DNA of 63,735 nt, filler included, from Octopus bimaculoides (lineage: Eukaryota): NCBI RefSeq assembly GCF_001194135.2. It is 9 parts of 9 records of this genome, joined end to end, with 100 filler letters (N's around TTAATTAATTAA, not from the genome) between each part and the next. Parts side by side here need not be neighbours in the genome. Positions count along the whole stretch, not along the records: positions 39,068 to 46,166 come from NC_068994.1; positions 46,267 to 53,083 come from NC_068990.1; 7 more parts are not named here. The stretch is one strand, 5' to 3'. Below, in pieces: positions 39,240-52,220 of this stretch. The notes beneath the pieces were generated by a model. That model was not told where the DNA came from. It was given only the letters and a program-made list of their open reading frames with translations, and did not search any database. Position numbers and translations under genes: made by a program. The first letter of the stretch is position 1. Each line of letters begins with the position of its first letter.

Positions 39240-40599
39240 CGTCTTGCAACCTTTTCAATAGTTGTTGACGCTGTCCGTTATCCAAGCTCCTTTCGTTTTG
39301 GTTGTTTGTGCGTATGTATGTGCGCATACACATGTATGTATGTATGTATGTATGTATGTATATATGCATGCACGTAAGTATGCCTGTATGTATGCGTGTG
39401 TGCGTAAGTATATATGTATGTGTGTGCATTTATATGTATATTCTGCATATTCATGTATTTGTGAGGTTTGTGTGTTTTTGTATGTGCGTGTACCTCTGTC
39501 TCCTTGTATGTGTGTGTGCATGTCTGAGTGTGAGTGTGTGTGTATGGGTTTTTGTGACTCTGTACTGCGTCTGTATGTATGGATGTGTATCCCCATATAT
39601 TTGGACGTGTGTCTCCAAATCTGTCCTTGTGTGAAGTGAAGTGTATGTGTATATGGTCATGTGTTTCAGTCTTCATTTGCGTATGTGTGCTTGTCTATTC
39701 ATATTACCTATGTACCTATCCGTCTGTATGTCTATCTGTTTACTTTCATATCCATTTGACTACATACATGTGCATAAACACATACATATGTACACAAACA
39801 AACACGTACATACATCTAGATAACAGCCCACTAACTATTCTACCTGTATATAAATATAAATTGTGGGTCTGGGGTTATAATCATCTACTAAGTATATTTC
39901 CTCTTTAGTACTGGGGATGTTTCATTTATGAGGACGTACTCTTGTATTTGTTTGAGTGTTGGGTCCTTTGGATTCTTGGATAAAATGCAGATGTCAAGTT
40001 GACCCAGGTTGCCTCCATGCTGGTCCTTGGCATGTTGGTAGAGTATGGAGGACTGTTTTTTGTTGTTATATTGTCTCAAATGGTCATTTAGTCTTTCCGC
40101 AATGCTCCTAGATGTCTCTCCTATGTATGTAATGTTCATGTCTTTACAAGCACCTTCTATGCATCTTATGCTGTAAACTATGAAGACTACATTTCTAGTT
40201 CTACAGTTTATGCTAGGGATAATCGTACATACCATGTAGTTATCATTGGTGCATATGGTGTTCTCAAAGGGGTACGTCTTACATAGTTGTGATATGATGG
40301 AGTTTCCTGGCTTTTCAAGAATCTTAATGTTGAGTTTGGTCTCCTTCAGAGCTTTGCTAAATCTACGGGCTAGTTCTCCGTGGTCTGTGGCCTCTACAAA
40401 CATCACTCCTTGATATTTGTCGGTTTTATACCACGTGTTCACCCTGTCTACTTTGTCACAAGCTCTTTGTATCCTATTCCAACTTTTGCTTCTATATATG
40501 GGGCAGTTACTACTGGTTTCATTACATATAATATTATCTAACCGATTTACATACGCACACACAGATACATACATGCAAACACACACTTACATGCATGCA

Positions 40600-40633
<34 letters not shown>

Positions 40634-40870
40634 CATATATACATACATACATACATACACGTGTATGTGCATACACACTGACCCACACATATGCGCACAA
40701 ACAAACAAAAAGAATGCAGCTTGGCTAACGGACAGCGTCAACAACTATTGAAAAGGTTGCAAGACGCTATGAAGATTTTAGAAAAATAAATAAGTAAATG
40801 AATGGAAATTTTACCGGTGTGTGTGTTAAATTATAAGGCACTAAAAGAGAATGAAACTCCCCAGACACAA
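39240..40870 (-). mobile_element. Penelope-like element 3' fragment (RT C-terminus and GIY-YIG) with inverted flanking arms
   Basis: ORF 39888-40586: YRSKSWNR...WYK..KYQGVMFVEAT..GELA...C..CRTRNVVF...CIEGACK...YIGETSRSIAERLNDH...LYQHAKDQH...IQEYVLI. Arms 39240-39420 and 40555-40766 are reverse complements. Confidence 0.88.
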
Positions 40871-43849
40871 CAGAATATGCTTCAACACACGAACTCACAT
40901 AAAGAATCTTGCAAACCAAATCCAATAACGAAATAGAATCTATATTGTAATTTGTGAATACAAGTAGAGGTNNNNNNNNNNNNNNNNNNNNNNNNNNNNN
41001 NNNNNNNNNNNNNNNNNNNNNNNNNNNNNNNNNNNNNNNNNNNNNNNNNNNNNNNNNNNNNNNNNNNNNNNNNNNNNNNNNNNNNNNNNNNNNNNNNNNN
41101 NNNNNNNNNNNNNNNNNNNNNNNNNNNNNNNNNNNNNNNNNNNNNNNNNNNNNNNNNNNNNNNNNNNNNNNNNNNNNNNNNNNNNNNNNNNNNNNNNNNN
41201 NNNNNNNNNNNNNNNNNNNNNNNNNNNNNNNNNNNNNNNNNNNNNNNNNNNNNNNNNNNNNNNNNNNNNNNNNNNNNNNNNNNNNNNNNNNNNNNNNNNN
41301 NNNNNNNNNNNNNNNNNNNNNNNNNNNNNNNNNNNNNNNNNNNNNNNNNNNNNNNNNNNNNNNNNNNNNNNNNNNNNNNNNNNNNNNNNNNNNNNNNNNN
41401 NNNNNNNNNNNNNNNNNNNNNNNNNNNNNNNNNNNNNNNNNNNNNNNNNNNNNNNNNNNNNNNNNNNNNNNNNNNNNNNNNNNNNNNNNNNNNNNNNNNN
41501 NNNNNNNNNNNNNNNNNNNNNNNNNNNNNNNNNNNNNNNNNNNNNNNNNNNNNNNNNNNNNNNNNNNNNNNNNNNNNNNNNNNNNNNNNNNNNNNNNNNN
41601 NNNNNNNNNNNNNNNNNNNNNNNNNNNNNNNNNNNNNNNNNNNNNNNNNNNNNNNNNNNNNNNNNNNNNNNNNNNNNNNNNNNNNNNNNNNNNNNNNNNN
41701 NNNNNNNNNNNNNNNNNNNNNNNNNNNNNNNNNNNNNNNNNNNNNNNNNNNNNNNNNNNNNNNNNNNNNGTGTGTGTGTGTGCATGTGTGTGTGTGTGTG
41801 TGAGAGAGACAGAGAGAGAAAAATATTATACTTTCTACTTCTATAATTCTATTACCGACCTTGCAATTTATGCATTTGCCCTAAAGAATCGACATTGTTA
41901 AATAGTAATATCTTGGCAACTTCTTATTATGTTCATCAGTCATTATCCAACTGTTTCACATAATTCAACAATTAAGATCTGTTTTTGATTTCTTATTGTG
42001 TTTACTATTTTAACAATGTTTTAGTTTCGTTAATAAAGGTAACTAAATAAATCATTATTATTTCAAGAAAGATAACCGAATCTATTGCTGGAAATACAAC
42101 TTTATTCGAATAATATATAATGCCAAGTTAGAATAATTTTTTAACATAACGTATGTCCTTCTCCTTGAGCACATTTCATAATTCTTTTACTTTTTCAGAA
42201 CATGAAGCCATATTTCTAACTAACAACCAGATGAAATGAAACAGCAAGAGCTTCATCTAAACGATCACTTGATATGCTAGTTATAATAAAATGCCTTCTT
42301 ATATCATACCCAACTGTTTAAAAATGATCGACAAATTGAGAAATGTAGTTCCGTATGTACTGTGTCCGAAAAAATATGGCATTGTTTCGACTGGCACATC
42401 TTTTATCTCATGAGTTGACTACAGTAGTGAGTTCTATAGCTGTAAGCTTCTTATTCTATTTAGTGCAACAAATATAGAATCAAAACTTCAAAAGGACTAC
42501 ATCTAATAACTATTATAAGTATAGAAATCAACTTTTTGTGTCTCGTTGTTTTCAAGTGTAAACATTAGTCGCATTGTTATTAACAAAAGACATCCTATAG
42601 TGTATTATTTTGTATTCAATTCTAGCACTCTGGTTATTTCTCTTTTCTGAATTTTATATTTGGACAATTTATCTGTTTTTATTTTTAAGGGCATAATATT
42701 ATCGTTTGTTGGAAATGATGCATTGATTAGAAGACAACTATTTTGCCTAAATGTTTCAACAAATGTGAATTAGAATGATCCAGAATATAATCACTGTGTG
42801 GTATTTTGAAATTTATGATGTATAGCTTTTTCTCCGTTCTATTTGATAATACTGGCATCATTTCCAGTCTGTAAAAGTTTCAAGACATTCAGAGTTGTAG
42901 ATATTTACCCTTTTGGCTAAGACTGGACAGCCTGAAATAATATGATTTCTATACATTTTACGTTTTTGTAAGTTTCTATTAGGAAGGTTTTTGTCTTGTG
43001 AAATTATATAAAATCTTTTGGCTTCAGCTTTGACTCATTTAATTTTCGGTTAATGACAGTTTTTTCTTTACCTTCTGCGCAGTATTGTTGTCCATAATGA
43101 AAGTTTTCTTGCTATAATCAAAGTTTTCTAACCATGATATTTTGTAATCAAAATTTAAGTTTATTTCTTTTAAAATTCTTTCATAGAATCTATTGTTTGT
43201 TCTCCACCCTCCTCACATAAATCTGTTCTCTCCAGCTTCTTCATGTACATGTTGCCTTTTGTTTAGCACATGGTTCGCAGCTATTTGTGTTAGATTTCTT
43301 TGAATACTTTAGTTTTTTTGCAATATAAGTATAATCATTTCTAGTTGTAGAGACTGGTGTATTTAAAAGTTTTTGGGCTTGGGGATTTTGTTTAGTGCAA
43401 CACAGTCATTTTCTCAAAAGAAAAGGAAGTTATAGGTCAGTATTTTCGGATAATTTTGTTATTCCTTAAATTTTGGAGATTAAAATAGTTTTCCCTGATT
43501 GCGAACATTTTAAATCAGAAGTTTAAAACTTTAAGATTTTCTGGTATTTTCCAGTTTATGTTTGTAGCATCTAGATTATTATTTGAACTGTTTTTATTCA
43601 CTATTGTCCCGATGTGGCACTCATTTTGTACATTCTACTTCTTAAGACTGTGCAACGTTAATTTCATATTCGTAACGATTTATTACCCTTGCGTCTAAGA
43701 GAAGATCATTTCTTTTAAAAATCATCTTACTTCTTGCTGTCTTGCTATATTTCTGTAGTATTTGCCTTCGTTTTCTTTTTAATTATTTGTGTTTTTTACT
43801 TGCTAATTTAAGGAAGATATGAAAGATCCTTTATTTTGCGTCTAAATCC

Positions 43850-43908
<59 letters not shown>

Positions 43909-44249
43909 ACTAGTATGTATGAATGTATTGTCAAGAAAAGTGTGTGTGCGTGTATCCGTGTACGTATTTTTAAAGTATGGTTTATTTTCCTCTTATTTTA
44001 AGTATTATTAGTAACGTGTGTCTATGTGCATTGGAGTATACCATTTAAATGTATGCATACAAATGTTGGGCGTAAATGACATTGTTGATATGATTGTATG
44101 GGAATGTATTTTCATTGAATTGTAGCTGTACTGTCATGTGTGTTGGCTGAGCCTTCTGGAAGACACTTGCCCAAAGTGCTACACAACACGACTGAATTTG
44201 GAACAATGTTGTTGGAAAACAAGCTTCTTACCACTAAGCCACACGTCTT

Positions 44250-45860
44250 CTGTGTATATGCAGGGTGACTTGGTAGTGAAACAATGAGATCGTCAGGGCT
44301 ATAAAAAAGAAGAGACGGGCTTCGAAAAATTGAAAGAGTGAGGGTAGCAAAGAAACATATCAGATTGCTAAAAGAGAAGTTAGGCGTCAGGTATATAAAG
44401 CTAGGGCAGACGCAGAAAGGAAGAGATTTGCCTGTCTTACAGCGTGAAGATCAGAGACTTGAGATGTTCGGGATTGCCAGGCTGTGTGTTAGAGAGAATC
44501 AAGATGTAGGAGAGAAGTGTGCACGGACAGTTACGGTATGCTGCTCTTAGTGATTCTGAAAAGAAAGAGGCGTGGAAGACCTACTATGAAAGGCTATTAG
44601 CAGTATTATAGATAAAGCAACTGAAGATATGAAGACAAGGAAGGCCTCTAGTCCATCAGGTGTCACTACTGAGATGCTTAAAATACCTGATAGAATGGGA
44701 TGCAGTCTAGTTACTCGTATAGTTAATCAAATTTTTCATAAAGGCGTAATCTCTAGTGAGTGACCTAACCCTCATTGCAGAATCTATAACAGAATTAGAA
44801 AATAAATTCCAGGTGTGAAAAGAAAATCTAGAATCAAAAGGTCTTAATGTTAACTTGGCAAAGACTAAGGTTCTAGTAAGCAAGAAATCAAACAGGAGTC
44901 GTCAGCCTTGAGGTCGATTTGTAGGAAAGATGTAGGCAGAAACACACAAGAAGTACAGTTGAATAGCAGAAAGGCTATCAGAGAAAGTAGTGATTGTGTG
45001 TGGAAGACGTACAGGAGTCATAAGATTTCCTCAAGTGTCCCGGAGGCTCTCTGGAAGTTGTAAGATAATTTCTATTACCTAGGTGGCCAAATTAGCAGTG
45101 GAGAAGGCAGTACAGGAAGTGTAGTAGTTAGAATCAGAAGAGAATAGGATGGAGAAACTTCAGAGAGCTTTTACTTTTCTTGGCGATCAAAGGTCTCTTT
45201 TTTTGGATGAAAGGAAGATTGCATGATGCATATGTACGAACAGCAATGCTACATGATAGTGAGATAGGAGCCCCGAATGCAGAGGATATGCAAATAATAG
45301 AGAGGAACGAAGTTGGTATGTTACGCTGGATGTGCAATGACAGTGTACATGTGCGAGAGAATATTAAGAGAAAAGTTAGGGATAAGAGGACTGCGCTGGT
45401 TTGTTCATGTGATTCAGATAGATGAGGACAGTTGCATAAAAAATGCCGATCACTCAAAATGAAGGGAAGTTGTGCTGGAGGAAGACCGAGGAAGACATGG
45501 AACGAAGTATTAAAGGCCGATATCTAAACGCTGAGCCTTACGAAGGAGATGACAGGGGTGTGGAAGACCTACTGGGTATGTGGGGCGCTACTGTACTAAA
45601 GAAGACCCGCCTGCTGCAACAGAATTGAGATCTTAAAACCAAAGTGCCACGTTAAAAGTATTGGTGTTGGTGCGGATGCCACGTAAAAAGTACCCAGCAC
45701 ACTCTGTCAAGTGGTTGGCATTAGGAAGGGCATCCAGCTGTAGAAACCAAAACACACTATGAAACCCATTGCGGCCTCTGGCCTTACTAGTTCTTGTCAA
45801 GCCATCCAACCCACGCCAGTATGAAAAACAGGCATTAGATGATGATGACGATTATGATGA
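44250..45860 (+). mobile_element. RTE-clade LINE, decayed RT to 3' UTR
   Basis: KASSPSGVTTEMLK, GLNVNLAKTKV, FYYLGGQISSG, KGRLHDAYVRTAMLHDSE...ERNEVGMLRWMC; ends in (GAT)n. Confidence 0.85.
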
Positions 45861-46126
45861 TGATGGTGATTATATATGTGTGTGTGTTTTGCATGTGTCC
45901 GCGTGTGTGTATGTTTATTTGTGTATAAGTATATACATATGTGTTTATACATTATACACACAGATGCACATACACATACACACACAAACACAATTCTAAC
46001 TGTGTTGAATGCTCCTTCTACTTGTTTGTTCACTCACACAGACAGACACACACAGCGCGCGCACGCACACACACACACATACACACGCACACACACATAC
46101 ACACGCACACACACACGCACACGCAC

Positions 46127-46166
<40 letters not shown>

Positions 46167-46266
46167 NNNNNNNNNNNNNNNNNNNNNNNNNNNNNNNNNN
46201 NNNNNNNNNNTTAATTAATTAANNNNNNNNNNNNNNNNNNNNNNNNNNNNNNNNNNNNNNNNNNNN

Positions 46267-46322
<56 letters not shown>

Positions 46323-46646
46323 CACATATATATACATATATATATACATTTATATATACATATATATATATATACATATATACACATATATATATATTTA
46401 CATATATACATATATACATATATATATGTATATATACATATATACATATATATACATATATATGTATATATACATATATACATATATATACATATATACA
46501 TATATATACATATATACATATATATACATATATACTATATACATATATATATATATATACATATATATACACATATATATATACATATATACATATCAAT
46601 ATATATATATATACACACACACGCTCATACACACACACACACACAC

Positions 46647-46677
<31 letters not shown>

Positions 46678-46727
46678 TCAAAAATTTAAATAAGAGCTTT
46701 GACGCGAATATATATATATGTATATAC

Positions 46728-46758
<31 letters not shown>

Positions 46759-46760
46759 CA
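46267..46760. repeat. (TA)n/(CATATA)n compound microsatellite
   Basis: Direct reading. Confidence 0.95.
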
Positions 46761-46766
46761 CATTAA

Positions 46767-47112
46767 GGGATCAGCAAAACAGTTGCTTCACCACATACCG
46801 AAGTTCAGAAATAGCAGCCAAAATGCTGAGACTCCAACAGATAGCATTACCTGTAACTCACTCTGTCATGCATGCACAATTGCTAGCACCGTCGAATCTA
46901 CAGCGAGAATATCATACTGAAGAGGAAATGGAGTGTTATCGCTCCTAAACCAGAAACGCGTCTATGATTAACTTCGAATGGTTAGTTTTCATTGTTCTTT
47001 CTTCTTGTTTTGCCTTTGTGAGTTACAGGTAATGCTATCTGTTGGAGTCTCAGCATTTTGGCTGCTATTTCTGAACTTCGGTATGCGGTGAAGCAACTGT
47101 TTTGCTGATCCC
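46767..47112. mobile_element. 346-bp element with 95-bp terminal inverted repeats enclosing a hammerhead ribozyme
   Basis: 46767-46861 and 47018-47112 are reverse complements with one mismatch. Both are flanked by TTAA (46763-46766 and 47113-47116). Confidence 0.85.
46911..46968 (+). ncRNA. Minimal type I hammerhead ribozyme (PLE type)
   Basis: ATCATA-CTGAAGA-GG AAAT GGAG TGTTATCG CTCC TAAA CC A-GAAA-CGCG-TC-TATGAT: 6-bp stem I, intact CUGANGA and GAAA cores, bipartite stem II, palindromic stem III and GUC cleavage triplet (cut after 46962). Confidence 0.9.
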
Positions 47113-47611
47113 TTAATTATGTTTATAAATGTATAAGAACTTTTAAATGAGTTCTCCACCGATAATGGTGTTTACATACCGAAGGGCTTGGTAAAAAATT
47201 GTTAATTGTTAATTTATTAATAAATTAATAAATTGATAAACCTTTACCCTTTTAATTGTAATATATATATATATATATACATATATAAATAGACTGCACA
47301 AACACCACCAACCTCACAGCCATCAACACAGACAACATACATCTTGTTACACATGTTAGTGAAAACACAAACACCACAATGGAAGATTTTGTCTTCCCGA
47401 CACACAATACACCACCACCACACATACACATTTTTAAAATGAAACAGGAAACCTACAACACTTTGAAAATAAATTTTCCAAATGCTGTTGGGTCTTTCCA
47501 AAAGACTGTATAAAAACTTCGTGGAAACGACCACACCAAAGACCAAGGGGACAGACTTGCCAGAAAATAGTGGTAAGTAGAGCTCTTCTCCGTCCTAAGT
47601 TTAATTTAATA

Positions 47612-48240
47612 TGGTCATGCTCAGAATAGGTTGAATAAATGTTAAGGGCCTCGGATCACCTTGGAAACAAGTTCACCTTTTAAATAACTTGAGGTCCTTT
47701 AGTATAGATGCTGCAGCTATTAGTGAATCCAGACTATCCGACCGTCATCACCCTTTTAGGTGAATACGAGATTTTTCTATCTCCGTGTCGGCCGGGAAGG
47801 GGTGGTGATGGTACTGTGGTGCTTTTCTGGAAAGGTCTGGATTTGAAAATAAAGGCAGTTTTACTAGATCCAGAAGGTAAGTTGGTGGTGCAAGATGTGA
47901 ACAGCAGTGACGGCGGTGCTTTCAGCCAGGTGGTTGCCTATGGCCCGATAGGGGCAGGGATGTCTTATTACTTCAAGCGTTTGGAACGTCTCGGACTTTA
48001 GTGTTAGTAGGGGATTGGAATGCTGTCTTAGATGGACGTTCCGATTGCGTGGGAGTATGATAGGAGAGGGGGCTGCAAAAGCCTCACAAACCTGCTCAGA
48101 CGTTTTCAATTGTCTGACAGGTACTGACTAGATTACCTGAATGTGTCAATGTGGTCTTGGACAAACCGCATCAGTTTTAAGAGAATCAAATATCTTCTCA
48201 TAATGTGGGCAGTGCGCACGAGAACAAATTTTTGCAGTTA
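47612..48240 (+). mobile_element. L1/Tx1-clade LINE endonuclease fragment
   Basis: MLRIG.INVKGLGSPWKQVHLLNNL...DAAAISESRL, GGDGTVVLFWKG, LDPEGKLVV, VVAYGP and LVGDWNAVLD. Confidence 0.85.
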
Positions 48241-50140
48241 TGATACTTTTGAGTTTCCTGGTATTTGGCCACAGTGTTTAAGAGCACCATTTAACATTAT
48301 CCCCCACAAAACACCAGTGACCACAGGTACAACACACGAGATACAACATGCAAAAATAAGTGGTGTTTACATCCATCAAAGGGAGACACTACAATATTAA
48401 AGGATATAACAAAGGATATATAAATAGAAGTTAGAAATAAATAATAAATAAATACAATCCCCAAGAGCGGGACAGTCCACTTAGAGTAATTCGAGGTAAA
48501 CCCTATGCAAAAGATCCGGATTATTTTGCCATGCCAAATGCATAGGAAATGCCCTTTTCCAGTTTCTTTCCTCCTACTTAAAAAAGCATACTCAGAGTAG
48601 ATCCATTCAGTCTCACCAGTCTTGCCACTCTCGTCTACCTTTTGATAAACACACTAGAAGACAGCACCTCCCTCTCTATCCTCACCTTCTTCTTCAAATG
48701 ATATTCGAAGAAATTGATGAGAGCTTGACCAGATAGGAAAGTGCTTGTCTTCAAACCATTCAAACTGGTCCTCCACGCAGTTGTTTCTTTTGCCACAGCC
48801 ACAGAATAAAGAAAGATCTGCCTTCCATTTCTACTAAAGGAAGGTGGTGCGTTGATCATCTTCATTATATGTTTGGCAACTGCTCAACACAAACCCACAA
48901 GCATGAGAGATTGCATGCAGGACGGTTTCGTCCCCCGAAATGCGTCTTGGGAAGGTTCGGCTGACGAGCTTGTCTCGAACAGGCTGTGCATCCCCCCACC
49001 CACCCCATAGCATTGCCATGCCAAAGACCTTTGGAAATTTCTGTGTTCTTCGATCCGAAAGTCCTCCAGAAAAGACCATCAGAGTGTTCTTGTCAATGTC
49101 CAGATTCAATCCAAGGACATTATCGCTCATCCCTTCAACTAGACCCTTATAGAAATCTTCGGTTGTTCTCCAAACAGTTTTTTCTAGCTGCTACAGTGAA
49201 GTGGACGCCTGGCAATATTCTAGATGCCAAGCGCTCAATCTTGGTCTGCGTTTGATCCATGACTGCAGTTCCGTCAATGAAATGAGCTGCGGGAAGACGT
49301 GTCGCACGAAGTTCAGTAACCAGTTCACCCTTTTTTCGTTGCCGTCGTTCACACCATAGCAGTAATTCAGATATTTCTGAGGGCACATTGGCCTCAACGC
49401 GAGGCGCTGCATTATCAGGGAAGGCATCCCATGACTACCACAGAGTGGATGTTGACAGCAAATGAATTTTCTGACCAACGGAACTTGACCCTTCCATAAG
49501 AATCGAAATTGAAAATCTCCAATCTAGTCAGTGCTTTTTAAGGACAAAATACGACGGTTAGGCTGTAGTACACTACCGAGGCGGTGTATGCATTCGCAAC
49601 TTCCGCCCAATCTTTCAGAGACAGCTTCCTTTCTTCCCATTTCTGGGAGGGCTTGGCCACACTGACCATGACCTCTTCACAGTTACAATCTAGCTAGAGA
49701 TCTGGTTCGGACCAGAGTCTGAGCATTTTCACAAGGCCCTCCGTCCAGCGACAGAAATTGCCACTAGTTAGCATGGATTTGCCTCTCCAAGAGCCTAGTT
49801 GCAAACCCACTGATTTGTCCTGGTTTATGTGCGCTCCTGTACATACGTGATATTCTTTCAGTATAGTGTCAATAGTTTCTATATCCGAAGAATACATCAT
49901 GGCAGTGATGTCGTCCGCGTATACTGGTAAAGCTTTCATGTGACTGCATTTCAGCGGGATACCTCTCAAATTCTCCAACCTTCGCAGCAAAGGCTCTAAT
50001 GCTAAAACATATAAAACGTAGTAGAGGGGACATCCTTGGCGAACCGAACGATCAATACTGAAAGGTTCCGAGAGGTAACCATTTAGTTTGACGACCGAGC
50101 AGATGCCACTGTATATTGTGGTAATCCAGCCTTATACAGT
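48240..50140 (-). mobile_element. L1/Tx1-clade LINE 3' part (RT, C-terminal region, 3' UTR)
   Basis: WITTIYSG...LNGYLSEPFSIDRSVRQGCPL..LYVLALEPLLRRL...YADDIT, GAHINQDKSVGLQLGSW, ETVLHAI. Frameshifted. Confidence 0.9.
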
Positions 50141-50214
50141 CTTAATGAGCAGAAAGAGGAAGATTGTAGTTGTTGTGGTTGTTGTTGCTGTTGTAGTTGT
50201 TGATGTTGCTATTG

Positions 50215-50286
<72 letters not shown>

Positions 50287-50289
50287 GTT

Positions 50290-50630
50290 CAGTAGTTTTA
50301 TTTTTATAACGTGCTTTCACTTCACTACCGAGCGCAGCTCTGTGTGCCTTGGGTATGTGCTGTGGTTTGCTGTGGTGCTCTTATGGTTACTGTATTGAAA
50401 GTGTTTTGCGTAGGATGTGTGCAGTGCCCAGTAGTGCAATTTTCTGTATGTTATATATATTTGTAAGTCCTGGTGTTTTTGTTATGTATTTGTCTGAATA
50501 TTTTTTTATTATACCTAAGGCACCTACTATGATAGGAATTGTTTCTGTTTTTAGATTCCACATTCGAGTTACCTCAATTTCCAGGTCTTTGTATTTTGAA
50601 AGTTTTTCCATTTCTTTTAGGGAAACGTTG
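50290..50630 (-). mobile_element. R4/Dong-like LINE, short 3' fragment between (TAA)n tracts
   Basis: NVSLKEMEKLSKYKDLEIEVTRMWNLKTETIPIIVGALG...IQKIALLGTAHILRKTLS*. (TAT)n on both sides. Confidence 0.88.
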
Positions 50631-50659
50631 TCATTATTATTATTATTATTATCATTATT

Positions 50660-51050
50660 TGGCCAAGCCATGACCAACTTTTTCAAGTTTCACTTGAAAA
50701 GGAAGTTTAGGGTGGAAACAGAAGTGTTGCCTTCTAGCAAGTTTATTGAAGGGTGAATAAATGTTGGAAGAATGGCCAGTGTGAAAGGACCAATTCTGAG
50801 CGTGCACCTATAAAAAAAAAGGAATTAAAGGAGAAGGGCCCTTGCCCTGCTGATCAGGCACCCACGACTTTTCTGGGGTTTTCCACGTGGGCCTTAAAGC
50901 GCTTCCCCAAAATTGGGAGTTTTAATTTTTAATTGTTATTTAGATTGTTTACACGCGGAAAACCCATTGTATCGTCCGTTTTTATCTTTTATGCTATTGC
51001 GTGTCATCTAATGTTATTTTATGTGAGCTTTTGTGGCTGATAAAAGAATG
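50660..51050 (+). mobile_element. L1/Tx1-clade LINE extreme 3' end
   Basis: AMTNFFKFHLKRKFRVETEVLPSSKFIEG aligns with ALINFFEYHLKKKVRIEREVLSSSVFIKR (48635-48865, minus). Confidence 0.8.
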
Positions 51051-51758
51051 AATTATTATTATTATCATTATTATTGTTGTTGTTGTTGTTGTTATTATTA
51101 TACCTTACCATCTGTGTAGAGACAGTATGTAAAGATACGTTTTTATATTCTTTGTTTACTGTCTTTATCTCATATATGACTGTCTTTGGGTGTGTGTGTG
51201 AGTGAGTGAGTGTGGTGTGTGTGTGTGTGTGTGTAAGTGTGTGCTAGCATCTGTATGCCTGCGTGTGTGTGTGTGCCTACATCTATGTGGGTGTGTCTAT
51301 TCTAACATGTCAAACTTTGTAATGAATTTTAAAAATGGAATGTAAAGCTAGGAATAAAGCTAGGAATAAACCTAGTGTTAAACAGTAAATATGATAATAG
51401 AAGAATATGACTAAAATGATTTTCTGGAAGAACGTTTTAAATTGATGAATGAGATTCATTGATAAAATATATCAAACTTTTGTACTTTTTCTGTCAATTG
51501 TTATTTGTCCAGCGAATAAATTTCCTTACCTGGTTATCTCGCTCCTGTAATCAAATATTTATTTGATGAAATTTTACTAAACTACGTAGGCTGCACTTAG
51601 ACACACATGCACAAACACAGCCCAATCATGTTTGTATATTCACATACATGCATATATATACATACATATATGTGTGTGTCCGTGTTTATGTGCAATTGTT
51701 TTTGCATTTTTTCATTGAAACATAGTATTCATTAATTTAATTATGTGTGTGAAGCATA

Positions 51759-51829
<71 letters not shown>

Positions 51830-52173
51830 CGTTAGGTGTGATGTACAGAAGTAAATATTGAAAAAAAAGTCGTCAGAATTTTGGAATAACTTCTTTCATT
51901 TATTTTATNNNNNNNNNNNNNNNNNNNNNNNNNNNNNNNNNNNNNNNNNNNNNNNNNNNNNNNNNNNNNNNNNNNNNNNNNNNNNNNNNNNNNNNNNNNN
52001 NNNNNNNNNNNNNNNNNNNNNNNNNNNNNNNNNNNNNNNNNNNNNNNNNNNNNNNNNNNNNNNNNNNNNNNNNNNNNNNNNNNNNNNNNNNNNNNNNNNN
52101 NNNNNNNNNNNNNNNNNNNNNNNNNNNNNNNNNNNNNNNNCAGATACATAGATAGATAGATAGGCAGATAGAG

Positions 52174-52220
<47 letters not shown>

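Noticed and set aside
40715-40770. Possible hammerhead in the arm repeat (CTTG...GAAA...CAAG)
   Set aside because: All three copies in the window lack CUGANGA and the NUH site, so this is not simple decay; better explained as a plain hairpin.
42000-43800. AT-rich region possibly a very old LINE (minus)
   Set aside because: Only vague motif resemblance; no diagnostic YADD, QG or GDFN motif could be read.
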